NCBI GenBank assembly: GCA_963762795.1
Contig: CAVXMC010000008.1
Span: 138,072 to 202,071 of the forward strand
Reading direction: 5' to 3'
Source: an uncultured Actinomycetota bacterium
GTDB lineage: Bacteria; Actinomycetota; Actinomycetes; Mycobacteriales; SCTD01
DNA: 64,000 bases
Shown: positions 41,532 to 52,788 of the stretch, one piece after another
Position numbering within the stretch: position 1 is the first letter of the stretch
How the letters are laid out: each line of letters opens with the position of its first letter
Translations under genes and position numbers: made by a program
The notes under the pieces: generated by a model
Told to the model about the DNA's origin: nothing
The model's input: only the letters and a program-made list of their open reading frames with translations
The model's database searches: none

Positions 41532-43569
41532 TCAGACCGGGACCGCCTCCTGGACGTCGATGGCCCGCAGCGAGGCCAGGACCGCCTCCTTGCTGCGCGC
41601 CCGGTAGAACGGCGGCAGCGTGTCGAGCAGCACCTTGGCGTAGCCGGCGCTCGCCAGCCGCGGGTCGAGCACCGCGACGACGCCCCGGTCGGTGGCCGAG
41701 CGCAGCAGGCGTCCTGCGCCCTGGGCCAGCAGGACCGCGGCGGGCGGCAGCTGCACCTCGGCGAAGCCGCGCGGGCCGGCCGCGTCGAGCCGGGCCTTGA
41801 GCAGCGGGTCGTCGACGTGGGCGAACGGCAGCCGGTCGATGACCACCAGCTGGCAGGCGCTGCCCGGCACGTCGACGCCCTGCCAGAACGACCGGGTGCC
41901 GAACAGGCAGGTGCGGGCGTCCGAGGCGAACCGCGCGACCAGCGCGCCGGCGGTGTCCTCGCCCTGCAGCAGCACCGGCAGGTCGGTCGCGGCCCGCACG
42001 GCCGCGGCCGCCCGGGCGGCGGCGGCGCTGGAGGTGAACAGCGCGAGCGTGCGCCCGCCGGCCGCCTGCGCCAGCTCGATGATCGTCTCGTCGACCGCGG
42101 CGGCCCACGACTGCGGCTGCCGGCCCGGGTCGGGCAGCCCGGAGGCGACCCAGAGCTGGCCCTGGCGACGGGAGTCGAACGGGCTGCCGACGTCGAGGTG
42201 CCGCCACCGCGGTGCGGGCGGCGTCGTCCTCGCCGTCCAGCACCTCGTCGACGGCCTCGACGTCGCGGCGGTCGTGCTCCTCGCCGGGCCCGAGCGCGGA
42301 GCCGACCGGGGAGCCGGCCAGCCAGGTGAGCCCGAGCCCGCGGGCGGTGTGGCGGAACGACCCGCCGAGGGTCAGCGTGGCGGAGGTGGCGACCACCGTC
42401 TTCTCGCCGAAGAGCCGGGTGGCCAGCGCTCCGCCGACCCGCAGCGGCGAGACCCGCAGCAGCACGGACGCCCCGGCCGCCACCGCGTAGACCGCGCTCG
42501 GCACGCCCGGCGCGCGGATCTCGGCGGCGGACTCGGCCACCTCGGTCAGCGCGGTGCGGGCCCGCTCGCGCCGCGCCTTGTCCAGCTCGTCCTCGTCGGG
42601 CGCGCCCCGGCCGAGCTCGCCGGCGGCGGCCAGGAAGACCGTCTCGACCAGCGACAGCACCTCGGCGGCGTGCGGCGGCAGCGCCGGGATCAGCCCCTGC
42701 TCGGTGGTGGCGAGCAGCCCCTCGAGCCCGTCCTGCGCGTCCTGCAGCCGGGCGGTGACGGCCTCCGACAGCAGGTCACCGGCCGCGCCCGCGGCCCGGC
42801 GGCACTCCCCCAGCGACACCTGCCGGCTGAGCGCCTCGGTCGCCGCGGCGACGAACTCGTGGGCCTCGTCGAGCACGACCGCGTCGTGCTCGGGCAGCAC
42901 CTGCACGCCGGTGAAGGCGTCGAGGGCGAGCAGCGCGTGGTTGGCGACGACCACGTCGACGTCCTTGGCCGCCTCCTTGGCCCGCTCCGCGAAGCACTCG
43001 ACCCGGTCGGGGCAGCGGCTGCCGAGGCAGTCGCGCGCGCTCACCGAGACCTGCCGCCAGGCCAGGTCGCTCACCGGGAACGGCACGTCGTCGCGGTCAC
43101 CGCTCTGCGTCGTCTCCGCCCACTGCCGCAGCCTCTGCACCTGCTTGCCGAGGGTCGAGCTCGGCGCCTCGAACAGGCCCTCGGGCTCCTCGACCGCACC
43201 CGGCCCGCCGTGCACCTGCTGCAGGCAGGCGTAGTTGCCGCGCCCCTTCGCCAGCGCGAAGGTCGGGGTCCGCCCCAGCTCCTTGTCGAGCTCCTTCACC
43301 AGCCGGGGCAGGTCCTTCTCCACCAGCTGGCTCTGCAGCGCCTTGGTCGCGGTGGCGACGACGACCCGCTTGCCGCTGGCCAGGGCCGGCACGAGGTAGC
43401 CGAGGGACTTGCCGGTGCCGGTGCCGGCCTGGACCAGCAGGTGCTCGGCGGTGCGCAGCGCGGTGTCGACCGCCAGCACCATGTCGCGCTGCCCCGGACG
43501 GGCCTGCGCCCCCGGCACGGCGCGCAGGGCCGCCTCGAGCAGCCGCTCCGCCCGCTTGCGTGTCGCCAT
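41532..43569 (-). CDS. dinG: DinG-like (XPD/Rad3-family) ATP-dependent helicase; frame broken near 42205
   Basis: The gene starts at ATG 43569. It has Walker A VQAGTGTGKSLGYLVPA, DEAH box VVLDEAHEF and ATSATL. The C-terminal half (SFWQGVDVPG, VVIDRLPF, VAVLDPR) lies in the frame of ORF 41532..41999. Confidence 0.8.
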
Positions 43570-43666
43570 GCCGACCAGTCTCCGGTACGGACGGGTGCTG
43601 CGGCTCCGTCCACAGCTCCGTGTCGCGGCTTGACCGGGAACCCGCGCGGCAGGACAGTCCCCCGCC

Positions 43667-44671
43667 GTGCGCCTGGACGAGCTGCAGACCCCCGCCCTGG
43701 TCGTCGACCGCGCCCTGCTGGAGCAGAACCTCGCGACGATGTCCGCCGCCCTGCCGGGCGCCCGCCTGCGCCCGCACGTCAAGGCCCACAAGACGACCGC
43801 CCTGGCGCGGCTGCAGCACGCCGCCGGCCACCCGGGCCTGACCTGCGCCACGATCCGCGAGGTCGAGGGCCTCGCCGACGCGGGGCTCGGCGACGACCTC
43901 CTGCTGGCCAACGAGGTGCTCGACGCCCGCCGGCTCGGCGCCGTGGTGGCGACGGGCGCCCGGGTGACGCTCGCGGTCGACAGCGAGGCGACCGTCAGGG
44001 CCGCCGCCGCGGGCGGGGTCCACGAGGTCGTCATCGACGTCAACGTGGGGCTGCCCCGCTGCGGGGTGAAGCCGGAGCAGGCCGGCGCGCTGGCCGACAC
44101 CGCCCGCCGCGCCGGGCTCGAGGTCCGCGGGGTGATGGGCTACGAGGGCCACGTCATGGCGGTCGCCGATGCCGCCGACAAGCTGCGCCAGACCGAGGAG
44201 TGCATGCAGCGGCTGCTCCAGGCCTCTGCCGACGTCGGCGGCGACCTGGTGTCGGCCGGGGGCACCGGCAACTACGCGGCGAACACCTGGGCCGGGGAGA
44301 TCCAGGCCGGCAGCTACCTGCTCATGGACACCGCGTACGCCTCCCAGGGGCTGCCCTTCGCCCAGGCCCTGACCGTGCTGGCGCGGGTCATCAGCGTCAG
44401 CAGCGACGGCTGGGCGGTCGCCGACCTCGGCCTGAAGTCCCTGGGCATGGACCACGGCAACCCGACCGTCCCGGGCGGCGTCGTGTGGTTCTGCTCCGAC
44501 GAGCACACCACCTTCAGCGCCGCGGAGGGCAGCGCGCTGCCGGCGGTCGGCGACCTCGTCCGCGTGGAGCCGGCCCACATCGACCCGACCGTGGCGATGC
44601 ACGAGCGGATGCACGTCGTCGACGGGGACGAGGTCGTCGACGTCTACGAGGTGGACCTGCGCGGCTGGTAG
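43667..44671 (+). CDS. alanine-racemase-fold PLP enzyme (DSD1 / D-threonine aldolase / D-serine dehydratase-like)
   Basis: Intact 334-aa ORF with the PLP-lysine context RPHVKAHKT and a C-terminal D-serine-dehydratase-like block (VEPAHIDPTVAMHE). Confidence 0.8.
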   Translation: MRLDELQTPALVVDRALLEQNLATMSAALPGARLRPHVKAHKTTALARLQHAAGHPGLTCATIREVEGLADAGLGDDLLLANEVLDARRLGAVVATGARVTLAVDSEATVRAAAAGGVHEVVIDVNVGLPRCGVKPEQAGALADTARRAGLEVRGVMGYEGHVMAVADAADKLRQTEECMQRLLQASADVGGDLVSAGGTGNYAANTWAGEIQAGSYLLMDTAYASQGLPFAQALTVLARVISVSSDGWAVADLGLKSLGMDHGNPTVPGGVVWFCSDEHTTFSAAEGSALPAVGDLVRVEPAHIDPTVAMHERMHVVDGDEVVDVYEVDLRGW

Positions 44672-44710
44672 CAGCAGGAGTCCACGACACGACGGCGAAA
44701 CACCGTGGGC

Positions 44711-46845
44711 ATGCGACCCCGCCGCCTGCGCGCCGCCCTGCTCGCCACCGCCGTCCTCGGCCGGGCCTGCCGGCGGCCGCGCTGGCCGCACCGGCCGACT
44801 GCCTCGGCGAGTCCGACGTCGACGCGGTCCTGTGCGCCGCCACCGAGACGGCCGGCGCCGCGGGCACCGTGACGCGCCAGCTGACCGGCCCGCGCGACGC
44901 CGTCGGCTCGGCGGCCGACACCGCGCTGGAGGCGGCCGGGGTCTGCGACGACACCGACTCCGCCGCCTGCCTGCTGCCCTTCCCGAACGACCGCTTCACC
45001 GTCGCCGACCCGACCACCGCCACCGGGCGGCGGGTCGCGCTCCACCCGCTCGCGACGCCGCGCAACGTGGCCGGCCGGCCGGTCGACGTGACCGAGCTCA
45101 ACCGCAACGACGGCTTCTCCCCCGGCACGCCGATCCTCACCAGCGTCCCCGGCCTGGACGCCGCCCGCAGCGGCCTGGCCGGCATCGGCGACCTGCAGGC
45201 CTCGCTGAAGAAGGACGCGGCCGTCGTCCTGCTCGACGCGACCACCGGCAAGCGGGCGCCCTACTGGGCCGAGCTGGACGCCAACCCGACCGACGGCGAG
45301 CAGCCGCTGCTGATCGTGCGGCCGGCGGTCAACCTCACCGAGGGCCACCGCTACGTCGTCGGGATGCGCGGGCTGCGCGACGCCCGCGGCGCCCTCGATC
45401 GCGCCGGACCCGCAGTTCGCCGCGCGGCGGGACGCCGCCCCGGCGGACGACCCGGTCTTCGGCCCGCTGGCCGCCGCCAAGGTGAAGGTCCGCGACCTCT
45501 ACCTGGCCTGGGGCTTCACCGTCGCGAGCACCCGCAGCCTGACCGAGCGCATGCTGCACATGCGTGACGACGCGTTCGCCTCCCTGCAGGGCGGCGCGCC
45601 GGCCTTCACGGTCGACGAGGTCACCGACGGCGTCGGCGAGCGCACCCGCCGGCGCATCACCGGCACCTTCACCGTCCCGAGCTACCTGACCGTCCCGGTC
45701 AACGGCAAGGAGCCGGTCCTCGGCAGCGACCCCGGGCTGCCGGGCACCCGGCTGGCCTACCTCGACGGCGACGAGCTGCCGGACCGTACGGGCGACTTCA
45801 CCGCGACCTTCACCTGCAACCTGCCGCCGACCGCGACGGGGCGACGCCGTCGCGCGGCTCGATCTACGGCCACGGCCTGCTCGGCGGGCAGAGCGAGGTC
45901 AACGCCGGCAACGTGGCCAAGCTGGCCGTCGAGGGCAACATCACCTTCTGCGCCACGGACTGGTACGGCATGGCCACCGGCGACGTGCCCGAACGTCGCC
46001 ACGATGCTCGCCGACATGAGCAACTTCGCCACGCTGCCCGACCGGGTGCAGCAGGGCATGCTCGCCCAGCTCTTCCTCGCCCGGCTGCTCAAGGACCCGC
46101 GCGGCTTCGCCGCTGACCCGGCGTTCCAGGACGGCGGCAAGCCGGCGATCGCGACCGGGAGCGGTCTACTACGACGGCAACAGCCAGGGCGGCATCATCG
46201 GCGGCGCGCTGATGGCCGTCGCGCAGGACATCACCCGCGGCGCGCTCGGCGTACCGGGCATGAACTACTCGACGCTGCTGGACCGCTCCGTCGACTTCGC
46301 GACCTACGAGTCGGTCTTCAACGCCGCCTACCCGAGCGAGCGCGACCGGCAGGTCGTCTTCGCGCTGGTCCAGATGCTGTGGGACCGCGGCGAGGCCAAC
46401 GGCTACGCCGCCCACATCGCGAAGGACCCGCTGCCGGGCACGCCGCGCCACCAGGTGCTGCTGCACCCGGCCTTCGGCGACCACCAGGTGGCGAACGCCG
46501 CCGCCGAGGTGATGGCCCGGACCATCGGCGCCGCGACCAACAGCGGCTTCCTCGCCGCGGGCCGGCACTGGTCGGCGAAGGACCCGGGATGGGGCCTGCC
46601 CCGCTTCACCGGCAGCACCGCCGGCTCCGCGCTCGTCTACTGGGACTCCGGCAGCGCGACGCCGCCGAACGGCAACGTGCCGCCGACCGAGGACGACACG
46701 CTCGCCGGCCACGACCCGCACAGCGACCCGCGCGACACCAAGAAGGCGCGCGAGCAGAAGTCGCTGTTCCTGCGCCCCGGCGGCACGGTCGTCGACGTCT
46801 GCGCCGGCGCCCCGTGCCTGGGCAAGCCGCTGGCGCGAGAGCTAG
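44711..46845 (+). CDS. secreted alpha/beta hydrolase of unclear family; at least five frame breaks (~44760, 45390, 45838, 45988, 46160); 3' end uncertain
   Basis: ATG 44711 is followed by a signal peptide. CLLPFPNDRFTV, IYGHGLLGGQSEVNAG and the nucleophile elbow YYDGNSQGGIIGG (GxSxG) are spread over ORFs 41692..45567, 45482..48448, 45913..46116 and 46212..47102. The tail of the last ORF looks non-coding. Confidence 0.6.
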
Positions 46846-46856
46846 GCCACCGGGCC

Positions 46857-46951
46857 CTGCGCTTGTCTGCCCGGGCCGACACCCCGCACGGCGTGTCGCG
46901 GTCGCTGCGAGCAGACAAGCCGGGACTGGCCGGCGCTTGTCTGCCCGGGCC
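46857..46951. repeat. 19-20-nt direct repeat x2 with an inverted core copy between them
   Basis: gcgcttgtctgcccgggcc occurs at about 46859-46877 and 46933-46951. Between them, at 46910-46919, lies gcagacaagc, the reverse complement of the gcttgtctgc core. Confidence 0.6.
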
Positions 46952-47065
46952 AGCCGGCGGGCGTACCCCTTCCTCCGCGGCCGCGTACGGAACACCGGTC
47001 GTTCGTCCGGTCTCCCGGACACGACCTCAGCGCGGCACCACCCGCCGGAGCCGCGGCGGCAGCGG

Positions 47066-48367
47066 TCAGGCCCCGACCGGCCCGAGCACCCGGTCCAGGT
47101 AGGCGTTGCTGAACCGGCCCTCGGGATCGAGCTCGCCCCGCAGCGCGCGGAAGTCGTCGAGGCGCGGGCACCGCTCGCGCAGCTGGTCGACGCCGAGGGT
47201 GTGGACCTTGCCCCAGTGCGGCCGGCCGCCGACCGCGTCGAACAGCCGCTCCACGGCGGCGAAGTACTCCTCGTACGGCGTCCCGCGCACGACGTGGACC
47301 GCGACGTAGGCCGACTCGCGGTCGTACGCCGTCGACAGCCACGCGTCGTCGGGCGGCGCGACGCGGACCTCGACCGGGAACGAGATGCGCAGGCCGTGCC
47401 GCTCGGGCAGGGTGCGCAGCTCGGCGAACAGCCCGAGCAGGGCCGCCCGCGGCACGGCGTACTCCATCTCGACGAAGCGCACCCGGCGCGGCGAGACGAA
47501 GACCGCGTGGGCGGCGGTCGTGTAGGTGCGCGCCGCCATGGTCCCGGCGGCGAAGCGGTTGAGGCGCGGGATGGTGCGCGGGGCCACCTGCCCGACCTTG
47601 TTGATCAGCGCGAAGGCGCCGTTGCCGAGCACCTCGTCCTCGAGGAACGACCGCACCTTGTTGACCGGCGAGACCGGGCCGGCGCTGCGGTTGTTGCGCT
47701 TGGTCAGCGCGATGTCGGTGTGCGGGAACCAGTAGAACTCGGCGTGCTCGTTGTCGGCGACGAACGCGTCGAAGCCGTCCAGCACCTCGTCGACGGGCAG
47801 CGGCGCCTCGGCGGCGTGCAGCAGGAAGGCGGGCTCGGCCTGCCAGGTCACCGTCGACAGGATGCCGAGCGCGCCGAGACCGACGCGGGCGGCGGCGAAC
47901 AGGTCGGGCCGCTCGGTGCGGCTGCAGGAGACGACGGAGCCGTCGGCCAGCACCAGCTCGAGGGCGACGACCTGCGCCGCCAGGCTGGCGCTGTCGCGGC
48001 CGGTCCCGTGGGTGCCGGTCGACAGGGCGCCGGAGACGGTCTGGACGTCGACGTCTCCCATGTTGGTCAGGCCGAGGCCCAGGGACGCCAGCTGGACGTT
48101 GAGCCGGTGCAGCGTCAGGCCGGCCTGGACCGTGACCAGCCCGGTCGCCGCGTCGGCCGACAGGATGCGGTCGTAGCGGTCGAGGACCAGCAGCACCCCG
48201 TCGGTCAGGCCGATGCCGGTGAAGGAGTGGCCGGAGCCGATCGCCTTCACCGTCAGGCCGTCGGCGGCGGCGCGCTTGACCGCCGCCGACAGCTCGTCGA
48301 CGTCCCGGGGGTGCTCGACGCGGGCCGGCGTCATCGCCTGGTTGCCGGCCCAGTTGGTCCAGGTCAG
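47066..48367 (-). CDS. FAD-linked oxidase (D-arabinono-1,4-lactone / L-gulonolactone oxidase family); start codon uncertain (CTG 48367 or ATG 48334)
   Basis: Intact C-terminal part of ORF 47066..49819. It contains TWTNWAGNQ, AIGSGHSF, the ALO-type C-terminus RPHWGKVH and the end ...LGPVGA. No canonical start lies upstream of the conserved TNWAGN. Confidence 0.85.
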   Translation of the reverse strand: MTWTNWAGNQAMTPARVEHPRDVDELSAAVKRAAADGLTVKAIGSGHSFTGIGLTDGVLLVLDRYDRILSADAATGLVTVQAGLTLHRLNVQLASLGLGLTNMGDVDVQTVSGALSTGTHGTGRDSASLAAQVVALELVLADGSVVSCSRTERPDLFAAARVGLGALGILSTVTWQAEPAFLLHAAEAPLPVDEVLDGFDAFVADNEHAEFYWFPHTDIALTKRNNRSAGPVSPVNKVRSFLEDEVLGNGAFALINKVGQVAPRTIPRLNRFAAGTMAARTYTTAAHAVFVSPRRVRFVEMEYAVPRAALLGLFAELRTLPERHGLRISFPVEVRVAPPDDAWLSTAYDRESAYVAVHVVRGTPYEEYFAAVERLFDAVGGRPHWGKVHTLGVDQLRERCPRLDDFRALRGELDPEGRFSNAYLDRVLGPVGA

Positions 48368-49881
48368 CGGAGCTCCTTCTTGAGGATCTTGCCGGTCGGG
48401 CCCTTGGGCAGCTCGTCGACGATCCGGACCTCGCGCGGGTACTTGTAGGCCGCCATGCGCTCCTTGGCGAAGGCCTTGATCTCGTCCTCGGTGGCCGACG
48501 CGCCGGGCTTCAGGGCGACGATCGCGACGACCTCCTCGCCGAGCTTGTCGTCCGGCTTGCCGATGACCGCCGCCTCGGCGACGGCCGGGTGCTCGTAGAG
48601 CACCTCCTCGATCTCGCGCGGGTAGACGTTGTAGCCGCCGCGGATGACGAGGTCCTTCTTGCGGTCGACGATGAAGAAGAAGCCGTCCTCGTCCTTGTAG
48701 CCGAGGTCGCCGGTGTGGAACCAGCCGCCCTTGAAGGCCTCCTCGGTCGCCTCGGGCTTCTTGTAGTAGCCCTTCATGATGTTGTGGCCGCGGATGAGGA
48801 TCTCGCCGACGTTCTCGCTGCCGATCGGCAGCTCCTTGAGCTCGTCGTCGGCGATGCGGACCTCGACGCCCCAGATCGGCTTGCCGATCGACTGCACCTT
48901 GCGCTGCTCGGCGTTGATGTTGAACGTCGTGGTGCTCGCGCTCTCCGACAGGCCGTAGCCCTCGAGGATCACGCAGCCGGGGAACTTCTCCTCGAAGGCC
49001 CGGATGACCTCGCCGGGGATCGCCGCGCCGCCCGAGACGCCGACGCGCAGCGAGGACAGGTCGCGGCCGGACAGGTCGGTGTTGAGCAGCGCGAAGTACA
49101 TCGTCGGGACGCCCGAGAAGATCGTGCAGCGGTGCTTCTCGATCGCCTCGATGACCGGGTCCATCTCGAAGCGCGGGACGAGCACCATCGTGCCGCCGTA
49201 GCGCGTCGTCACGTTGAGCACGCTGGACAGGCCGAAGACGTGGAAGAGCGGCAGGACCGCGACGCCGATGTCGTCCTCGCGGAACTCGAACAGCTCGCCG
49301 GCCACCGTGCAGTTCATGTACAGCTGGAAGTGCGTGAGCTCGGCGCCCTTGGGCTTGCCGGTCGTGCCGCTCGTGTAGAGCAGCACCGCGGTGTCGTCCG
49401 CGCCGAGCGGCAGGATGTCGCGGGTGTCGTCGGCGAAGTAGAGCTCGTCGTAGTGCTTGGTGCCCTCGGGCCGCTCGTCGTTGCCCGGCATGTTCACGAC
49501 GTACGTCGTCACGCCGTCGACCTGGGTGGCGCCCTTGACGGCCTCCTCCGCGAAGAGCTCGAAGGTCACGAGGACCTTCGCGTCGCTGTCCTCGAGGTGG
49601 TACTTCACCTCGGGCGCACGCAGCAGCGGGTTGAGCGGGACCATCACCAGGCCGGCCTTGAGGATGCCGAAGTAGGTGAACAGGAACTGCGGCAGGTTCG
49701 GCAGCTGGACCGCCACCTTGTCGCCCCGCTCCAGCCCCAGCCCGAGCAGGCTGGTCGCGATGCGGCCGGAGATCTCGTCGACCTGGCCGTAGGTGAACGA
49801 CAGGTCGTTGACGTGGCACAGCGGCTTGTCCGGGTGCGCGTCGGCCGACTCACGGAGGATGGTGGCGAGGTTGAAGCTCAT
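48364..49881 (-). CDS. long-chain fatty-acid-CoA ligase (AMP-binding)
   Basis: Intact 505 codons from ATG 49881 within ORF 48364..50109. Motifs LLYTSGTTGKPKGA, GYGLSE, WFHTGDLG and PTGKILKKEL are present. Confidence 0.85.
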   Translation of the reverse strand: MSFNLATILRESADAHPDKPLCHVNDLSFTYGQVDEISGRIATSLLGLGLERGDKVAVQLPNLPQFLFTYFGILKAGLVMVPLNPLLRAPEVKYHLEDSDAKVLVTFELFAEEAVKGATQVDGVTTYVVNMPGNDERPEGTKHYDELYFADDTRDILPLGADDTAVLLYTSGTTGKPKGAELTHFQLYMNCTVAGELFEFREDDIGVAVLPLFHVFGLSSVLNVTTRYGGTMVLVPRFEMDPVIEAIEKHRCTIFSGVPTMYFALLNTDLSGRDLSSLRVGVSGGAAIPGEVIRAFEEKFPGCVILEGYGLSESASTTTFNINAEQRKVQSIGKPIWGVEVRIADDELKELPIGSENVGEILIRGHNIMKGYYKKPEATEEAFKGGWFHTGDLGYKDEDGFFFIVDRKKDLVIRGGYNVYPREIEEVLYEHPAVAEAAVIGKPDDKLGEEVVAIVALKPGASATEDEIKAFAKERMAAYKYPREVRIVDELPKGPTGKILKKELR

Positions 49882-49918
49882 GCCCCCAGCGTAGTGACCG
49901 GGGTCACGATCCGTCAGG

Positions 49919-50368
49919 GTGGTGCGCGTGCCCCGTCTGCTCCTCGTCCACCACACGCCGTCCCCCGCGCTGCAGGCGCTGCTCGAGGCGGTGCGGGAGG
50001 GGGCCGCGCTGGTGCCCGAGGTCGAGGTCGTCTCCCGCCCCGCGCTCACCGCCTCCCCCGTCGACGTGCTCGAGGCCGACGGCGTCCTGCTCGGCACGCC
50101 GGCCAACATCGGCTACATGAGCGGGGCGCTCAAGCACTTCTTCGACGGCATCTACTACCCGTGCCTGGACGCCACGGTCGGCAGGCCGTACGCGCTGTAC
50201 GTCCACGGTGGCGACGACACGACCGGCGCCGTGAAGGCGGTCGAGACGGTCACCCGCGGGCTCAGGTGGCGGCAGGTGGCCCCGCCGCTCGAGGTACGGG
50301 GCGGGGTCGGCAAGGCGGACCGGGAGGCCGCGGTCGAGCTCGGGGGGACGGTGGCGGCCCTGCTGTGA
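49919..50368 (+). CDS. flavodoxin-like-fold NAD(P)H-dependent oxidoreductase
   Basis: Intact 149-aa ORF. LLLVHHTPSP...GVLLGTPANIGYMSGALKHFFD is typical of flavodoxin/WrbA-like proteins. Confidence 0.7.
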   Translation: MVRVPRLLLVHHTPSPALQALLEAVREGAALVPEVEVVSRPALTASPVDVLEADGVLLGTPANIGYMSGALKHFFDGIYYPCLDATVGRPYALYVHGGDDTTGAVKAVETVTRGLRWRQVAPPLEVRGGVGKADREAAVELGGTVAALL

Positions 50369-50438
50369 CCTGGGTCTCACGGCCTGGTGCACACTCCCGC
50401 GGCAGGACCGTCTCCCCCACGCGTCGAAGTAGGTCTCC

Positions 50439-52767
50439 ATGCGCCCCCTCGCCCGCCGTCTCGTCCTGCTGCTCACCGTCCCGGCGCTCGCCGGCGCGGG
50501 TGCGGTGGCCCTCCCCTCCTCCGCCGCGACCGCGGCCGGCCCCGCCGGTCCACTGGCCGTCCCGGCCTACTCCTCCTTCGCCACCCTCGACACCGGCGCT
50601 CCGGTCCAGCTGCGCACGCTGGGGACGCGGCCGGAGCTGGTCACCGGCGGCGACGCCCTGCTCGAGGTCGTGGTCCCCCGCGGCACCGACGTGCGCAAGG
50701 TGAAGGTGACCGCGGGCACCCGCGACGTGACCAGCGCGTTCAAGGCGGCCGGTCCGGGTCTGCGCGGCTTCGTCACGCGGATGCCCGGGGGCCGCACGAC
50801 GCTGAAGGCGACGGTCGCCGGGGTCGGCTCCGCCACGCTGGTCATCACCAACGTCGGGCTGCAGGCCCCCGCCTTCTCCGGCCCGCTCATCCAGCCCTGG
50901 ACCTGCGGCAACGGCGCGACCCGGGCCGACTGCAGCAAGAACGCCACCATCACCTACGTCTACAAGTCGACCGACCCCAGCAAGGCCGGCGTGCCGGGCC
51001 GGGTCGCCAGCGACCCGGTGCAGTCGTCGTTCCAGCCGTACGACCCGGCCGACCCGCCGAGCGACGTGGCCACGACGACGACCGACGACGGCAACACGGT
51101 CCCGTTCATCGTGCGGGTGGAGACGGGCTACAGCCTGCGCGACCAGTACAAGATCGCGGCGCTGTTCGACCCGAAGACCCAGGGCACGACGCCGGACCCG
51201 CTGGCCAAGAACCCGGGCTTCAACCACAAGCTGGTGCTCGGGCACGGCACCAGCTGCGACACCTCGTACGGCTCCGGCGAGGCGACCGACGTGCTCTACG
51301 AGGACGCCCTGGCGCAGGGCTTCGCCGTCGCCTCGCACGCCCTCGACAACGCCGGCCACAACTGCAACATCGTCACCCAGGCGGAGTCGCTCCTGCGCAC
51401 CAAGGAGATGGTGGTCGACCGCTTCGGCCCGCTCCGCTACACGATCGGCAGCGGCTGCTCGGGCGGCTCGCTGGTGCAGCAGCAGATCGCCAACGCCTAC
51501 CCCGGCATGTACCAGGGGATCACGCCGCAGTGCAGCTTCACCGACGCGTGGAGCTCGGCGCAGCAGTACGTCGACTACGTCGGGCTGCGCCGCTTCCTGG
51601 AGGGCCCCGGCGCCCTCGCAGTCCCAGATCGTGCCTGCGCAGTGGCCCTCGATCTTCGGGCACGCCAACCCGGCCAACCAGATCACCTTCACCGAGGCGA
51701 TCCCCAACAGCGGTGACCCCAGCCGCAGCTGCCCCGGCGTCCCGGACGACGAGGTCTTCACGACCGCGTCGCAGAAGGGCGTGCGCTGCACGTTCCAGGA
51801 CTACATGAAGAACGTCTTCGGCCTGGACGACAAGGGCAAGGCGCACCGCCCGATCAGCAACGTCGGGGTGCAGTACGGCCTGTCCGGCCTGCTCACCTCG
51901 CTCGGCGCGAACGCCGGTGACCTGACCCGGCCGCCGCTGACGACGGACCAGTTCGTGGCGCTCAACGCCGGGGTCGGCGGCTTCGACATCGACTTCGAGC
52001 CGACCGCCGCACGCACCCAGGGCGACCCGGTCGCCCAGGAGCGCGTCTACCGCAGCGGCGGCGTCAACACCGGCGCCCACCTCGACTCGGTCGCGATCAT
52101 CGACCTCGGCGGGCCCGAGCCGGGCGCGTTCCACGACGTCTACCGCAAGTTCGCCATGCGCGACCGGCTGGTCCGCGAGCACGGCACGTCGGCCAACCAG
52201 GTCTTCTGGGAGGGGCAGACCCCGCTGCTCGGGGACCCCCGCTTCGCCGAGAGCGCCATCACCGCGATGGACACCTGGCTGCAGGCGGTCGAGGCGGACA
52301 CGAGCAGGACGTCCCTGCCTGCCAAGATCGTCGCTGCCAAGGCCAAGGCCGGCATCGGCCCCCGCTGCGTCGGCACCGAGGGCGTCGACATCCCGCTCGC
52401 GGCGTGCCGGACCGCCGTCGACGCCACGCTCTTCAGCTCGCCGCGGATCGAGGCCGGCGGCGGCGACACCGCACCGGTCAACGGCGTGGGCCCCGGCACC
52501 GTCGGCTTCACCGACGACCGCCTGGACTGCCAGACGATGCCGATCGAGCAGTTCGTCTACGCCGGCAAGAAGTTCGCCGACGTCTTCAGCGCCGAGCAGC
52601 AGGCCACGCTCAAGAAGACCTTCCCGACCGGCGTCTGCGACTACAGCAAGCCCGGCAAGGGCTTCCAGCCCGCGGTCACCTGGCAGCGCTACCAGGACGC
52701 CGCAGGCCGGGTCGTCTACGGCGGCGTGCCGATGGGCGCCGTGCCCACCTCCACCTTCCGGAGGTAG
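50439..52767 (+). CDS. secreted tannase/feruloyl-esterase-like hydrolase (DUF6351-like); frame broken near 51615
   Basis: A signal peptide and an N-terminal beta-rich region lie in ORF 50439..51716, along with the GCSGG nucleophile motif (TIGSGCSGGSLVQQ). The sequence continues as QIVPAQWPSIFGH... in ORF 51631..52767. Confidence 0.65.
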
Positions 52768-52788
52768 CCCCGCCTACTCTTCCGGCGC

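Noticed and set aside
48364-49881. The visibly lower GC of the fadD-like gene as a sign of horizontal acquisition.
   Set aside because: Third codon positions remain G/C-rich. The lower GC comes from a Lys/Glu/Ile/Phe/Tyr-rich, highly conserved AMP-binding protein sequence. The flanks show no mobility genes or repeats.
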